From: an uncultured Gemmatimonadales bacterium
Lineage (GTDB): Bacteria > Gemmatimonadota > Gemmatimonadetes > Gemmatimonadales > GWC2-71-9
Assembly: GCA_963821525.1 (NCBI GenBank)
Contig: CAWGED010000010.1
Location: 64,001 to 128,000, forward strand
Length of the DNA: 64,000 nucleotides
Reading direction: 5' to 3'
The notes under the pieces are model-generated. The model made no database searches. It was not told the DNA's origin and saw nothing but the letters and a program-made list of their open reading frames with translations. Every line of letters starts with the position of its first letter. Within the stretch, counting starts at the first letter, position 1. The position numbers and the translations under genes were made by a program. This document shows positions 10,312 through 19,957 of this stretch, piece after piece.

Positions 10312-10681
10312 TCAGTCGCAGGCTAGAGTGGTGAACAGAGTGTCCGCCGTGGTGCCCCGAGAAGTCGGATAGCGCACCCACACCTGCACGGTCGCGCGTC
10401 AGGCCGGAGCCGGTAACCGTCCAGGTCTCGGTAACATTGCCGGGTCGTGTGGCAGTCCCGCTGGTCAGCGCGGTGCAACGGGGATTGGTCGCGTTGGCCT
10501 GGCGCCGCAGCAGCTCCAGACGCTCACTGGCCACGGCCGCCGCCTTGGTGGAACGCTTGCCTGCGCCCAGCATCCGGAAGACCGCGCCCGAGCCGGAGGC
10601 GAGCGCCAGAATCCCGACGCTCAGCAGGATTACCGCTACAAGGACCTCCACCAACGTGAAGCCGGAGGTGTTTCGCGTCAT
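10312..10681 (-). CDS. PilV-like minor pilin (frameshift near 10395)
   Basis: SG|FTLVEVLVAVILLSVGILAL; other frame ends TVQVWVRYP...TLACD*. Confidence 0.8.
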
Positions 10682-11145
10682 CTGATGACCCTCCCGAATC
10701 CCGTAACCAGCATCGAGTCCTGCTGCCCGCTGCGGGTGAAGTAGACCGTGGTCGGTACCGAGTTGCCCAGGCCGCGGGGATCCACCGCAACTGCATTGCC
10801 GGGAGTCACCGTCACGGTGACGGCATAGAGCTGCCCCAGGTCCTGCACATTCCCGATGGTGTCAGCGGTTCCGACGCCGGGGGACAGTCGCGGCGTGGCC
10901 GTGATGACCGCCTGGTTGCCTGTGAAGGTCAGCGCGGTGAACCGCCCCGTCATGAACGCCGTAGAACGGGCCTGGTAATACAGGGCCACCGCCTGGCCGC
11001 GGGCACTCCGGATATCGCTCTTGACCTTGGCCCGGTTCAGGCTGGGAAACCCGATGCCGACGATGATCCCAATGATCACGACGACCACGAGGATCTCGAT
11101 CAGGGTGAAACCCGCGCGCTCGGGACCCAAGGTGGGTCTGGTCAT
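10678..11145 (-). CDS. FimT/GspH-like minor pilin
   Basis: AG|FTLIEILVVVVIIG; ARSTAF, DPRG, GRV motifs. Confidence 0.85.
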   Translation of the reverse strand: MTRPTLGPERAGFTLIEILVVVVIIGIIVGIGFPSLNRAKVKSDIRSARGQAVALYYQARSTAFMTGRFTALTFTGNQAVITATPRLSPGVGTADTIGNVQDLGQLYAVTVTVTPGNAVAVDPRGLGNSVPTTVYFTRSGQQDSMLVTGFGRVIR

Positions 11146-11214
11146 GGCTGTCTCTGGTTCGCGTAACAGTCGAGATGTCTACGGCAATGGACATAGCCAA
11201 TTGCCATACCCAGC

Positions 11215-11230
11215 AGCAATGCCTGTTCCA
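11215..11230 (-). promoter_or_regulatory. Putative sigma54 (-24/-12) promoter of the pilin cluster
   Basis: Minus strand TGGAACAGGCATTGCT, GG-N10-GC spacing, 70 bp upstream of the first pilin start. Confidence 0.65.
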
Positions 11231-11508
11231 ACTGGCTGACAATACTCAAGCCATTAATTGGCATGATGTTATGAGCGCTACTGGGGCCTGTCGGAGCCCC
11301 GGGATACGCCATCCCTAGGGCGACCTGCGAGACCTCAAACCAGCTGTCAAGAATCGCAGCGTCAAAGGAACGATTACAGCGGACGGAGCGCACGGCAGCC
11401 CAGCGGCCTTCCGAAACGCCTCGATGACCAAGATGTTCACCGGGAACCCCGTTCACGCGTTGCGCTGCATGACAGCTGACCGAAGCGACCACCGCAATGG
11501 AGTATGAA

Positions 11509-12072
11509 GTGAAGACCCAGTACTACACCGCCGCCAGTCTCGACGGCTTTATCGCTACGATCGACGACTCGCTGGAATGGCTCTTCCCCCTGGGCGAGCT
11601 CGAAGCTACGAGCTACCCCACCTTCATCCGCGAGGTCGGCGCCCTCGCCATGGGCTCCTCCACCTATGAGTGGATGCTGCGACACGTCGTGGGTCCCGAG
11701 GCCAGGCGGCCGCAGGCGTGGCCCTACAAACAGCCGGCATGGGTGTTCACTTCGCGGACCCTGCCGGCAATCCCGGGGGCAGACATTCGTTTCGTCCGCG
11801 GAGACGTCCGCCCCGTCCACCAGGCGATGGTCGCGGCGGCCGGCGACAAAAACGTCTGGATCGTTGGAGGCGGGGAGCTGGCGGGCCAGTTCTATGATCA
11901 GGGTCTGCTCGACGAACTGTTCGTGCAGGTCGGTTCGGTCACGCTGGGGGCTGGCAAGCCGCTCCTGCCGCGGGCCATCACCAGCCCGCCACTGCGTCTG
12001 ATCTCGGTGAGAGCGGTCGGCACTGGTTTCGCCGAGTTGCATTACGAGGTCCCGAGTGATCGTCGGTCTTGA
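11509..12072 (+). CDS. Dihydrofolate reductase / RibD C-terminal family protein
   Basis: AASLDGFIA, MGSSTYEW, WIVGGGELA, LGAGKPL. Confidence 0.9.
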   Translation: MKTQYYTAASLDGFIATIDDSLEWLFPLGELEATSYPTFIREVGALAMGSSTYEWMLRHVVGPEARRPQAWPYKQPAWVFTSRTLPAIPGADIRFVRGDVRPVHQAMVAAAGDKNVWIVGGGELAGQFYDQGLLDELFVQVGSVTLGAGKPLLPRAITSPPLRLISVRAVGTGFAELHYEVPSDRRS

Positions 12073-12089
12073 TCGCATCCGGAGGAGTG

Positions 12090-12533
12090 ATGCCTGAGAT
12101 CAGGATTCTCGGTTCCGGGGACGAGACACTCCTCCGGAACGTCGCGCCGGGCGTGTTCGATCACGCTCTGAAGCCCGCCCTGGTAGCGGAGTTCCTTCGC
12201 GACGAGCGGCACCATCTGGCGGTGGCCATCGAGGATGAGACGGTGGTTGGCTTTGCCTCAGGCGTGCATTACGTGCACCCGGACAAGCCGGCGGAGTTGT
12301 GGATCAACGAGGTGGGAGTCGCGCCAAGCCATCATCGTCGAGGGATCGGGAAAGCCGTTATTCAAGCCCTCCTCGAGCATGCGAAGCGGCTGGGGTGTCG
12401 CGAGGCCTGGGTGCTCACCGATCGCGGGAACCAGGCAGCCATGCGGCTCTACGCTTCGACCGGAGGTAAAGAGGCGCCTCACGATCAGGTCATGTTCACC
12501 TACTTCTTGAATGGGAAGCGTCCGAGACCTTAG
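12090..12533 (+). CDS. GNAT acetyltransferase
   Basis: GGAGG RBS; ELWINEVGVAPSHHRRGIG and NQAAMRLYAS. Confidence 0.9.
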   Translation: MPEIRILGSGDETLLRNVAPGVFDHALKPALVAEFLRDERHHLAVAIEDETVVGFASGVHYVHPDKPAELWINEVGVAPSHHRRGIGKAVIQALLEHAKRLGCREAWVLTDRGNQAAMRLYASTGGKEAPHDQVMFTYFLNGKRPRP

Positions 12534-12611
12534 GACAGAGGGGGCGGTGGCGTGAAGACCTCTTCACGCCCGCATCATTCCCTTCCTTGTCAGGTGGCGT
12601 ATTCTCAGTTG

Positions 12612-14141
12612 ATGCTCCCCCACCCCCCGTTTGCGAGCCAGCTCTCCCTGGAGGAGGAGCTGGCAGAGTTCGAGCGCCTCAAGCCCCGGCTGGCTCGGGT
12701 CTGGCCGATCATTGCCTGGGAGCGGGACGACCCCTGTACCACGGTGGTCGTCCCTTCCCTCACACTACCTCAGGGGGAGCTGGCCAAGCTCAGCGGGGCA
12801 AGCTACTACGAAGAGCGATTGTTGTTCCTTCTGATCCGTCTCCGCAACCCGCGCGCGCGGGTTGTGTACGTGACCTCGCAGCCGGTCCATCCCCAGATCC
12901 TCGACTACCTCCTGCAACATCTGCTCGGCATCCCGGCCAGTCATGCTCGCCAACGACTCACCATGCTCTCGGCGGCGGACGGCTCACCGAGGCCGCTCAC
13001 CCTGAAGATCCTCGAACGTCCCCGCCTTATTGAGCGGATCCGCCAGGCGATTCCCGACCGCGATTCCGCCTACCTCAGCGCGTTCAACGTGACACCCCTG
13101 GAACGGCGCCTCTCGGTCCTGCTCGGCATCCCGATCAACGGTGTGGACCCCGCGCTCGCGCACCTGGGGACCAAGTCGGGGAGTCGGAAGCTTTTTCGAG
13201 AGAGCGGTGTATCGCACCCTGCCGGGTTCGAGGATCTGAAGAGTGAGAAGGACGTTGTCGGGGCACTCTCCACCCTCCGAGACGAGCGGCCTGGAATCCG
13301 GCGGGCGGTGATCAAGCTCGACGACAGCTTCTCAGGGGCAGGAAATGCGCTCTACGACTACCCCGAGGAGAGTACCTCGCAGGCGCTGGCGCGCGCCCTC
13401 GACGGCCTCAAGTTCACTGACGCCTCGGAGACCCGCGAATCATACTTCGCAGAATTCGCTGTCGGCGGCGGGATTGTCGAGGAGTACGTCGATGGAGTCG
13501 AAACCCGCTCGCCCAGCGTGCAGCTCCGCACGGCGCCCTCCGGACAGGTCCTGCTGCTCTCGACCCATGAACAGATACTCGGGGGGCCCACCGGCCAGGT
13601 GTATGAAGGCTGCCGCTTTCCGGCAGACTCGGCGTACCGCCTCGCGATTCAGGAGGCGGGGCAGCGGGTCGGAGGCGCGCTGGCCGACCACGGAGTCGTG
13701 AGCCGCTTCGGGGTGGACTTCATGGTGACCCGCCCAAGACCCGACGCAGCCTGGGAATATCGGGCAATTGAAATAAACCTGCGCCTGGGCGGTACCACTC
13801 ATCCCTTCCTGGCGCTCCGATTCTTATGCGGAGGCGGCCTCGACCCTGTGAGCGGTCTTTTCCATTCCGCCTCCGGACATGGTAAGTACTACCGCGCCAC
13901 CGATAATCTTTGGAGTCCCCGCTACCGGGGGCTCCTCCCCGAAGACGTGATCGAGATCTTCACAATAAACCGGCTGACATTCGACTACCGGACGGAAACC
14001 GGTGTCCTGTTTCATATGATCGGCGCGGTATCCGAATTCGGGAAGCTTGGCCTCACCGCGATCGGTAACAGCCCTGAAGAGGCCGACATGCTTTTTGAGG
14101 ACACTCTGGATGCGCTGGAGGAGGAAACAGCCTACGGCTGA
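12612..14141 (+). CDS. PGM1-related ATP-grasp peptide ligase
   Basis: VVVPSL, YEERLLFLL, GTKSGSR, KLDDSFSGAGNA, SPSVQ, EINLRLGGTTHPF. Confidence 0.8.
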   Translation: MLPHPPFASQLSLEEELAEFERLKPRLARVWPIIAWERDDPCTTVVVPSLTLPQGELAKLSGASYYEERLLFLLIRLRNPRARVVYVTSQPVHPQILDYLLQHLLGIPASHARQRLTMLSAADGSPRPLTLKILERPRLIERIRQAIPDRDSAYLSAFNVTPLERRLSVLLGIPINGVDPALAHLGTKSGSRKLFRESGVSHPAGFEDLKSEKDVVGALSTLRDERPGIRRAVIKLDDSFSGAGNALYDYPEESTSQALARALDGLKFTDASETRESYFAEFAVGGGIVEEYVDGVETRSPSVQLRTAPSGQVLLLSTHEQILGGPTGQVYEGCRFPADSAYRLAIQEAGQRVGGALADHGVVSRFGVDFMVTRPRPDAAWEYRAIEINLRLGGTTHPFLALRFLCGGGLDPVSGLFHSASGHGKYYRATDNLWSPRYRGLLPEDVIEIFTINRLTFDYRTETGVLFHMIGAVSEFGKLGLTAIGNSPEEADMLFEDTLDALEEETAYG

Positions 14142-14236
14142 CCCGGACGCCCGCTGGCCTCATCGCTCCGCCCTCACACGTCGGTCGCGAGGTACGGCCG
14201 GGAACCACCGGGACATCTGGGCCGCGAGACATTAGA

Positions 14237-14404
14237 ATGATCGCGATTGACGAAGACCGATCGGCCTTGCGCTTTCGGCAGGCCGAGTTCATCAAGCAAT
14301 TGAGCCGGGGCGCGGAACACGCGATTTCGAAGGCGGGAAAGCCAAGGCGGGCAAGAAGCGGCGTTGACGTCAGACTCGATTCAGCCGCCGATGAACGCAG
14401 ATAA
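14237..14404 (+). pseudogene. Probable C-terminal gene remnant running into a palindromic element
   Basis: MIAIDEDRSALRFRQAEFIK resembles, from recall, the C-terminus of a conserved hypothetical family (VAIDEDWSALRFR); no N-terminal part present. Confidence 0.35.
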
Positions 14405-14519
14405 TCGCAGAAATCTCCTTCTAAACAGGGATGCTCGATATCCAAGACTGGGAGTGAGCTTCCAGTACACCCGAAATAACCAGGGTAGGTTTCTGCGTTC
14501 ATCGCGTTCATCCGCGGCT
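14378..14519 (+). repeat. Dispersed copy of the 9-bp-periodic palindromic element
   Basis: GATTCAGCCGCCGATGAACGCAGATAATCGCAGAA...TTCTGCGTTCATCGCGTTCATCCGCGGC. Confidence 0.85.
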
Positions 14520-14698
14520 TTTCCGGATGGGGCAACCAAGCTGGGAGGGGTGTTGTGGCTGGCCGTCGCCTTTGCACTCTACCTGACGGCTCAGATATCG
14601 ACGATGGCGTACTTCGTCTTGAAGGCGCGCGCAACACGATGGATCCGGGGTGTGCCGTCCTGGTACCGCGCATTCCATAACAGGCACTTCGGAGCACC

Positions 14699-15058
14699 CT
14701 GGCTATCACCCAGATCCCCAACATCGGCCCCCAAGGCCAACGGCGTCGGATGACCTCCGGGGCAGTCGCCCTCGGGATTGTCGTTGCGGCAGCCGTCGTC
14801 CTATTCGTGGTGGGAGCGCCGAAGGCCTGGCGCCTCGGCCTGTTCCTGCCGATCTGGCTCGGTATGCTGGGGGTGTTCCAGGCGCGCGAGAAGACCTGAG
14901 TGAACCTGGCGGCGCGCGGTCTGCGCGACCTGGATAGTGGATCAGAACCGATCGCCGATCCAGCCGAGCTGGCTCAGGTGCGACGCCAAGCCAGAGTGGT
15001 TCACATGAAGTCTTTCGTTGCGGCGGCGTTGCTGACGGCGCTTCTGTTCCTGGTGTAG
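14699..15058 (+). CDS. Putative selenoprotein, small membrane protein (in-frame UGA at 14897-14899)
   Basis: One frame: LAITQIPNIGPQGQRRR-TM-TM-FQAREKT(UGA)VNLAARGLRDLD...RRQARVVH-TM*; GGAG then CTG; SECIS-like hairpin after the UGA. Confidence 0.7.
14911..14930 (+). promoter_or_regulatory. Putative bacterial SECIS element
   Basis: GGCGCGC-GGTCT-GCGCGACC hairpin starting 11 nt after the UGA; compare E. coli fdhF GGTTGCA-GGTC-TGCACC. Confidence 0.65.
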
Positions 15059-15064
15059 CCTTCC

Positions 15065-15544
15065 ATGATCTCCCCGACTCTCGCTCGAGAAGTCCGTCGC
15101 CAGGTAGCTGGACGGGCGTTGAACCTTGGCGGGTGTCTTCTGGTCCTGGCGGCTGCCGTGCACTTCATCGCCATCCCGATTCTTCGACGGATCCTGGAAT
15201 CCCACCTGACCACCGAGGCCTATGAGTTCTTCGCCCCACCTTTTTTCCTGAATCACGGCGTCGTGGGCATCCTGTTGCTTCCGCTCGCCTTCAACAGCTT
15301 CTACTGCGCCCGGGGCATCCGGCAAGGGCAACGCTGGGCGTGGCGGATCGGGCTGGCCACTGCCCTCGCGGTCCTGGCGCTACCGGTGGCGCTTCTCGCA
15401 ATCATGGGGACTCGCTACCTGCACGCGATCCCCTTCCTCGTGGCCGCGCTCGCAATCACGGCCGCCGGCCTGGCAATGACGCTGCCACTTCTCCGGGTGC
15501 GACACGACCTGGAGGATTGGAACCCGAACTCGGGATCCTCGTAA
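15065..15544 (+). CDS. Hypothetical membrane protein (4 TM)
   Basis: 159-aa hydrophobic ORF, translationally coupled to the next gene. Confidence 0.65.
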   Translation: MISPTLAREVRRQVAGRALNLGGCLLVLAAAVHFIAIPILRRILESHLTTEAYEFFAPPFFLNHGVVGILLLPLAFNSFYCARGIRQGQRWAWRIGLATALAVLALPVALLAIMGTRYLHAIPFLVAALAITAAGLAMTLPLLRVRHDLEDWNPNSGSS

Positions 15545-16074
15545 TGCGCCGGGTACGATATCGGGTGGCGACGAGCCTCGACGGCTACATCGCCGGGCCC
15601 AAGGGCGAGATCGACTGGATCCTGCAGGACCCGACGATGGACTGGGCCTCCCTCTTCGCCGGGTTCGACACGGCGCTGCTCGGTCGCCGCACTTACGAGT
15701 TGACGAAGCAGCCGGGCGCCCCAGGCTGGCCAGCGGGGTGGCGAATCTACCTGTTCTCGACGACCCTGGCACCGGAACAAGACCCGGACGTGACACTTGT
15801 CAGGAAAGACGCGGGCGCAGCGGTTGCCGCCCTGCGCGCCGGCGCCGGTCGGGACATCTGGCTCTTTGGAGGCGGCAGCCTGTTTCGAAGCCTCCTCGAA
15901 GCGAGGCAGGTGGACATCGTGGAGCTGGCGGTCATGCCCGTCCTGCTGGGAGGCGGGGTTCCGTTTCTCGAAACGGGTGCCCCTATCACACGGCTCAGGC
16001 TCGCGCACTCCGAAACTTCTCCACGCGGAATCGTCGTCCTGCGATACGAGGTACCGGATGCGGCTCTCGTCTGA
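15544..16074 (+). CDS. Dihydrofolate reductase / RibD C-terminal family protein
   Basis: ATSLDGYIAG, LLGRRTYE, IWLFGGGSL, PVLLGGG. Confidence 0.9.
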   Translation: MRRVRYRVATSLDGYIAGPKGEIDWILQDPTMDWASLFAGFDTALLGRRTYELTKQPGAPGWPAGWRIYLFSTTLAPEQDPDVTLVRKDAGAAVAALRAGAGRDIWLFGGGSLFRSLLEARQVDIVELAVMPVLLGGGVPFLETGAPITRLRLAHSETSPRGIVVLRYEVPDAALV

Positions 16075-16098
16075 CACCTCACGAACGACGCGCGAGAC

Positions 16099-16693
16099 AT
16101 GGCTGGGACTGACCCAACAGACCCTTCGAATGGGTACGAGGCCGTTGCGAACGGGTTCATCTCGGGCCGTGTTCGCTCATCCGTCGGCGCTTCGACCGTT
16201 CGTGCATGGGCGAAGACGCTCCCCAAGGGCGCGCACCGTTCTGGATCTCGGCTGCGGGTCCGGCGTGCCGATCTCCCAGGCCATCGTGGATGAAGGCTTG
16301 ACCGTCTCACGGCGTCGATGCCTCACCCAGCATGATCGCGGCGTTCCGGGCGCGGTTCCCCGAGGCAGCTGCCGAGTGCCGGCCGGTCGAGGAGTCCGAG
16401 TTCTTCGGTCGTGCCTTCGATGCGGTGGTTGCGTGGGGACTGATGTTTCTCCTCCCGCCGTCGTGCAGGCAAAGCTCATCGCCAAGGTGTCGAGAGTCCT
16501 CAAGCCTGGGGGAAAGTTTCTTTTCACCTCGCCCCACCAGTTGTGCGAATGGCCGGACAATCTCACCGGCCGGAAATCCCAGTCGCTCGGTTCGGCCGAG
16601 TATCGTCGGCTTCTGGCGGCGAATGGGCTGATCGTACAGAATGAGACCGAGGATGAGGGCAACAACCACTACTATTTCGCGGCCAAACCGTGA
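16099..16693 (+). CDS. Class I SAM-dependent methyltransferase (several frameshifts)
   Basis: DPSNGYE + VLDLGCGSG + FDAVVAWGLMFLL + LKPGGKFLFTSP distributed over three frames. Confidence 0.75.
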
Positions 16694-17156
16694 TGCCTGG
16701 CTCCAACGACCGCTACGCGAAGGAGTTCCTGGCGGTTGGGGGACGATGGACTTCAACGCCCACATGGCCAATACGGCCTATCTGGATCTCGCCGCGGACG
16801 TCCGCATGGCATTCTTCGCCGAGCATGGATTCCCGCCCAGTGAGTTCCGCCGGCTCGCCATCGGCCCCGTCATCCGCAAGGACGAGCTCGAGTACCGCCG
16901 GGAGGTTGGCCTGCACGACACCGTGACCGTCACGTACTCCATGTTGGCGATGAGTCCTGACGGGGCACGATTTGTCGTCCAGAACGAGTTCCTGCTGGCG
17001 AGTGGGGAGCTGGCCGCGACCGTCCGGTCCACCGGCGGGTGGCTCGACCTGCGCGCTCGCAAGCTCGTCCCGCCGCCGCCGGCGCTATTGAGCGCTTTCT
17101 CCCAGGTGCCGCGCGCTCAGAGTTATACCGAGTTGCCGCTCAAGGGCCAGGAGTAG
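16693..17156 (+). CDS. Acyl-CoA thioesterase, hot-dog fold (frameshift near 16733)
   Basis: WGTMDFNAHMANTAY, YRRE, GGWLDL..RK. Confidence 0.85.
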
Positions 17157-17180
17157 ACGCCGCACGTCACAGGAGTGCCC

Positions 17181-17612
17181 ATGCCCGACATCCTGCAAGA
17201 CTTCCCAATCAAGGCTCCGGCAAGCCGCGTCTTCCGGGCAATCAGCGACCCGGCGGAGCTCGACCAATGGTGGACGGTCAGCTCCGCGGGCGAGCCTCGC
17301 CTGGGTGCCGACTACAAGCTCTTCTTCGGCCCCGACTATGACTGGAAGGCAAGGGTGGCCCGATGTACCCCCGACAAGGAATTCGAGTTTGAGCTGACCC
17401 GTGCCGACAGCGAGTGGCTGGGGACCAGAGTCGGATTCGAGTTGGAAGGGGATGGGAAAGTCACCCAGGTTCGGTTCCATCACCTGGGGTGGCCGGCGGA
17501 GTCGGAGCACTACCGGATATCATGCCATTGCTGGGCGATGTATCTCCGGATTCTGCGGCGGTATCTGGAGCACGGGGAGACTGTGCCGTACGAGCGCCGG
17601 CTCGACGTGTAA
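17181..17612 (+). CDS. SRPBCC/AHSA1 domain protein
   Basis: VFRAIS..LDQWW, WLGTRVGFEL, FHHLGW, CWAMYL. Confidence 0.85.
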   Translation: MPDILQDFPIKAPASRVFRAISDPAELDQWWTVSSAGEPRLGADYKLFFGPDYDWKARVARCTPDKEFEFELTRADSEWLGTRVGFELEGDGKVTQVRFHHLGWPAESEHYRISCHCWAMYLRILRRYLEHGETVPYERRLDV

Positions 17613-17623
17613 GGAAGTCTCGC

Positions 17624-18401
17624 GTGACCGCCTCTCGACAACGCAGTCTACGATCGGCTGGCCGACAGTTGGTGGGACGAGAGCGGCCTCCTGCATTCGC
17701 TCACCGCTCTCAATCCCGCCCGGTTCGGTTACATGCGACGGGTGCTCGTCGAGGAGCTGCGGATCTCGCCGCTGGGTCTTCGCGTCCTGGATATCGGTTG
17801 TGGCGGTGGACTGCTGGCAGAGGAATTCGCGCGGCTGGGCTGCGTCGTGACGGGAGTGGACCCTTCAGCGGAGTCGCTGGCAGCAGCACGGAAGCACGCG
17901 ATGAGTCAGGGGCTGGCGATCCGGTACCAGTGCGCACGAGGAGAGGCGCTCCCCTTTGCCGATGCAAGCTTCGATGCGGCGTACTGCTGTGATGTGCTGG
18001 AGCACGTGGATGATCTGAGCCGGGTGATCGCCGAGACCGCGCGAGTGCTCCGGCCCAGAGGGACCTACTTCTTCGACACCATCAATCGGACCTTTCTTAG
18101 CTGGCTGATCATGATCAAGCTGCTCCAGGAGTGGGGCTGGAGCGCCCTGATGCCGCCTCGGCTGCATGATTGGCACCGGTTCATTCGCCCGGCGGAGCTT
18201 CGGCGCGAGCTCACGCGGCAGGGTCTGGTGCCAGGCGGGATGACCGGGCTTAGGCCTCGTGCGAACGTTTTCCGTCAGTTCCGCGCTCTTCGCCGTCGCA
18301 AGCGAGGCTTCATCAGCTATGCGGCAGCATTCCGCGAGATGGATATCGCCGAAAGCCCTGACCTGTCGGTCTCCTATATCGGATTCGCCCGCAAGCCTTA
18401 G
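17624..18401 (+). CDS. ubiG: UbiG-like 3-demethylubiquinol O-methyltransferase (indel just after the start)
   Basis: DNAVYD..WWDE..L..LNPARFGY, VLDIGCGGGLLAE, DVLEHV, TINRT, HDW..FI.P.EL. Confidence 0.75.
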
Positions 18402-18482
18402 CCGTAGACCCCTCCCTTCCCCAGTTGACAAGCCACGGAGTTCCCGGCATTACCGTGTAATCCAACCTACACGAGGTGGGTC

Positions 18483-19373
18483 ATGAACCTGATCGTCAGC
18501 GGAACCGGTGCGCTGGGGATGGAGACTTGTCGGCTACTCGCGGCGCGAGGTGACCCGATCCGGGCGCTGGTTCGCGCCACCTCGAATCCCGACAAGACGG
18601 TGGAACTCAAGGGCCTGGGCGCCGAGCTGGCAACGGGAGACCTGAAGGACCCCGCTTCTCTGATGGCAGCGTGCAAGGGTGTGGGCACCGTCATATCAAC
18701 AGCGACGTCGGTACATTCTCACGAAACCGGCGATTCGATCGACACCGTGGACCGTCAGGGTCAGCTCGCCCTGGTCGAAGCAGCGGAAGCCGCAGGTGTC
18801 AAACACTTCGTGCTGGTCTCGTTTCCCCCGGTCGACGTCGAATTCCCGCTGCAGAGCGCCAAGCGCGCCGTCGAGGACCGGCTCCGGCGAAGCCGGATGA
18901 GCTACACCATCCTGCAACCCACTTGCTTCATGGAGGTGTGGCTGAGTCCCGCCTTGGGATTCGATCCAGCGAATGGGAAAGCGACCATCTACGGACCGGG
19001 CATCAACAAAACCAGTTGGATTTCCTACCGGGATGTGGCCAGGTGCGCAGTCGCGGCCTTGAACAATCCCCGGGCGGCCAACGCGACCATCGAGCTGGGC
19101 GGTCCGGACGCCCTGAGTCCGCTCGAGGTGGTGCGAGCGGCGGAGGAGGTCGTGGGGAAGCCCGTCGTGGTGCAGCACGTCCCCGAAGAAGTCCTCAGGT
19201 CGCAACATGCGGCGGCCACTGATCTACTTCAGAAGTCGTTTGCGGGATTGATGCTGTACTACGCTGCGGGCGATGTCATCGACATGACTGAGGCTCGGCG
19301 AGCACTTTCAGTGGAACGGCTCAAATCGGTTCGGGAGTATCTTCAGGGGTCTGTCGCCGCGGCTACCCCTTAG
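18483..19373 (+). CDS. SDR/NmrA family NAD(P)-binding oxidoreductase
   Basis: VSGTGALG, GDL.D, AK..VE..L, ILQPTCFME. Confidence 0.85.
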   Translation: MNLIVSGTGALGMETCRLLAARGDPIRALVRATSNPDKTVELKGLGAELATGDLKDPASLMAACKGVGTVISTATSVHSHETGDSIDTVDRQGQLALVEAAEAAGVKHFVLVSFPPVDVEFPLQSAKRAVEDRLRRSRMSYTILQPTCFMEVWLSPALGFDPANGKATIYGPGINKTSWISYRDVARCAVAALNNPRAANATIELGGPDALSPLEVVRAAEEVVGKPVVVQHVPEEVLRSQHAAATDLLQKSFAGLMLYYAAGDVIDMTEARRALSVERLKSVREYLQGSVAAATP

Positions 19374-19386
19374 ACCTCGCCTGTTG

Positions 19387-19809
19387 ATGAACCGTCTGCT
19401 TCTCTATGTCCTTCTCGCCACCGGGTGCGGGGTCGCCAACTCGGGACGGGTGCCCGAGGTATCGGAAACGGGCTGCCCTCCGAGCGGCGGACATCGCGAT
19501 CCCACCGGCGCCAGGACCTTCGATTCGACCGAGGTGGACCGCGATGCCCTGGTCGAGGACGACGTACCGGCATTTCACTCCCCGGTTCGCGCGGGACATG
19601 TCGTGGCGCGGTTCGTGATCGACTCGACCGGCCTGGCCGATCTGCGGACCTTAACGATCGAGGACAGCCCCGACACGGCGCTCGCCCGCGCGGTGCGCTC
19701 CTACCTGCCCCAGACCCACTTCATTCCCGCGGAACTGCACGGTTGCAAGGTTCGGGTCTGGGCGCGCTGGCCGTTCAGTATTCTGAGTGGCGCCGAGGTG
19801 CAGACCTAG
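19387..19809 (+). CDS. Lipoprotein with TonB C-terminal-like domain
   Basis: Lipobox LATGC; VVARFVIDSTG and FIPAELHGCKVRV. Confidence 0.65.
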   Translation: MNRLLLYVLLATGCGVANSGRVPEVSETGCPPSGGHRDPTGARTFDSTEVDRDALVEDDVPAFHSPVRAGHVVARFVIDSTGLADLRTLTIEDSPDTALARAVRSYLPQTHFIPAELHGCKVRVWARWPFSILSGAEVQT

Positions 19810-19957
19810 ATTTGTGAGCAGGTGATCCTTGCCCCCCACCGGCTCGGCCCGCACCTTAAGCGGGACCACCACGTCTTGGGATCTTCCTACCTCGGACCAT
19901 TAGGACTCACCCTCCGGCCGGACCGCTGCGCTGGATTCGAAAGGCAAGAAGGAACCG

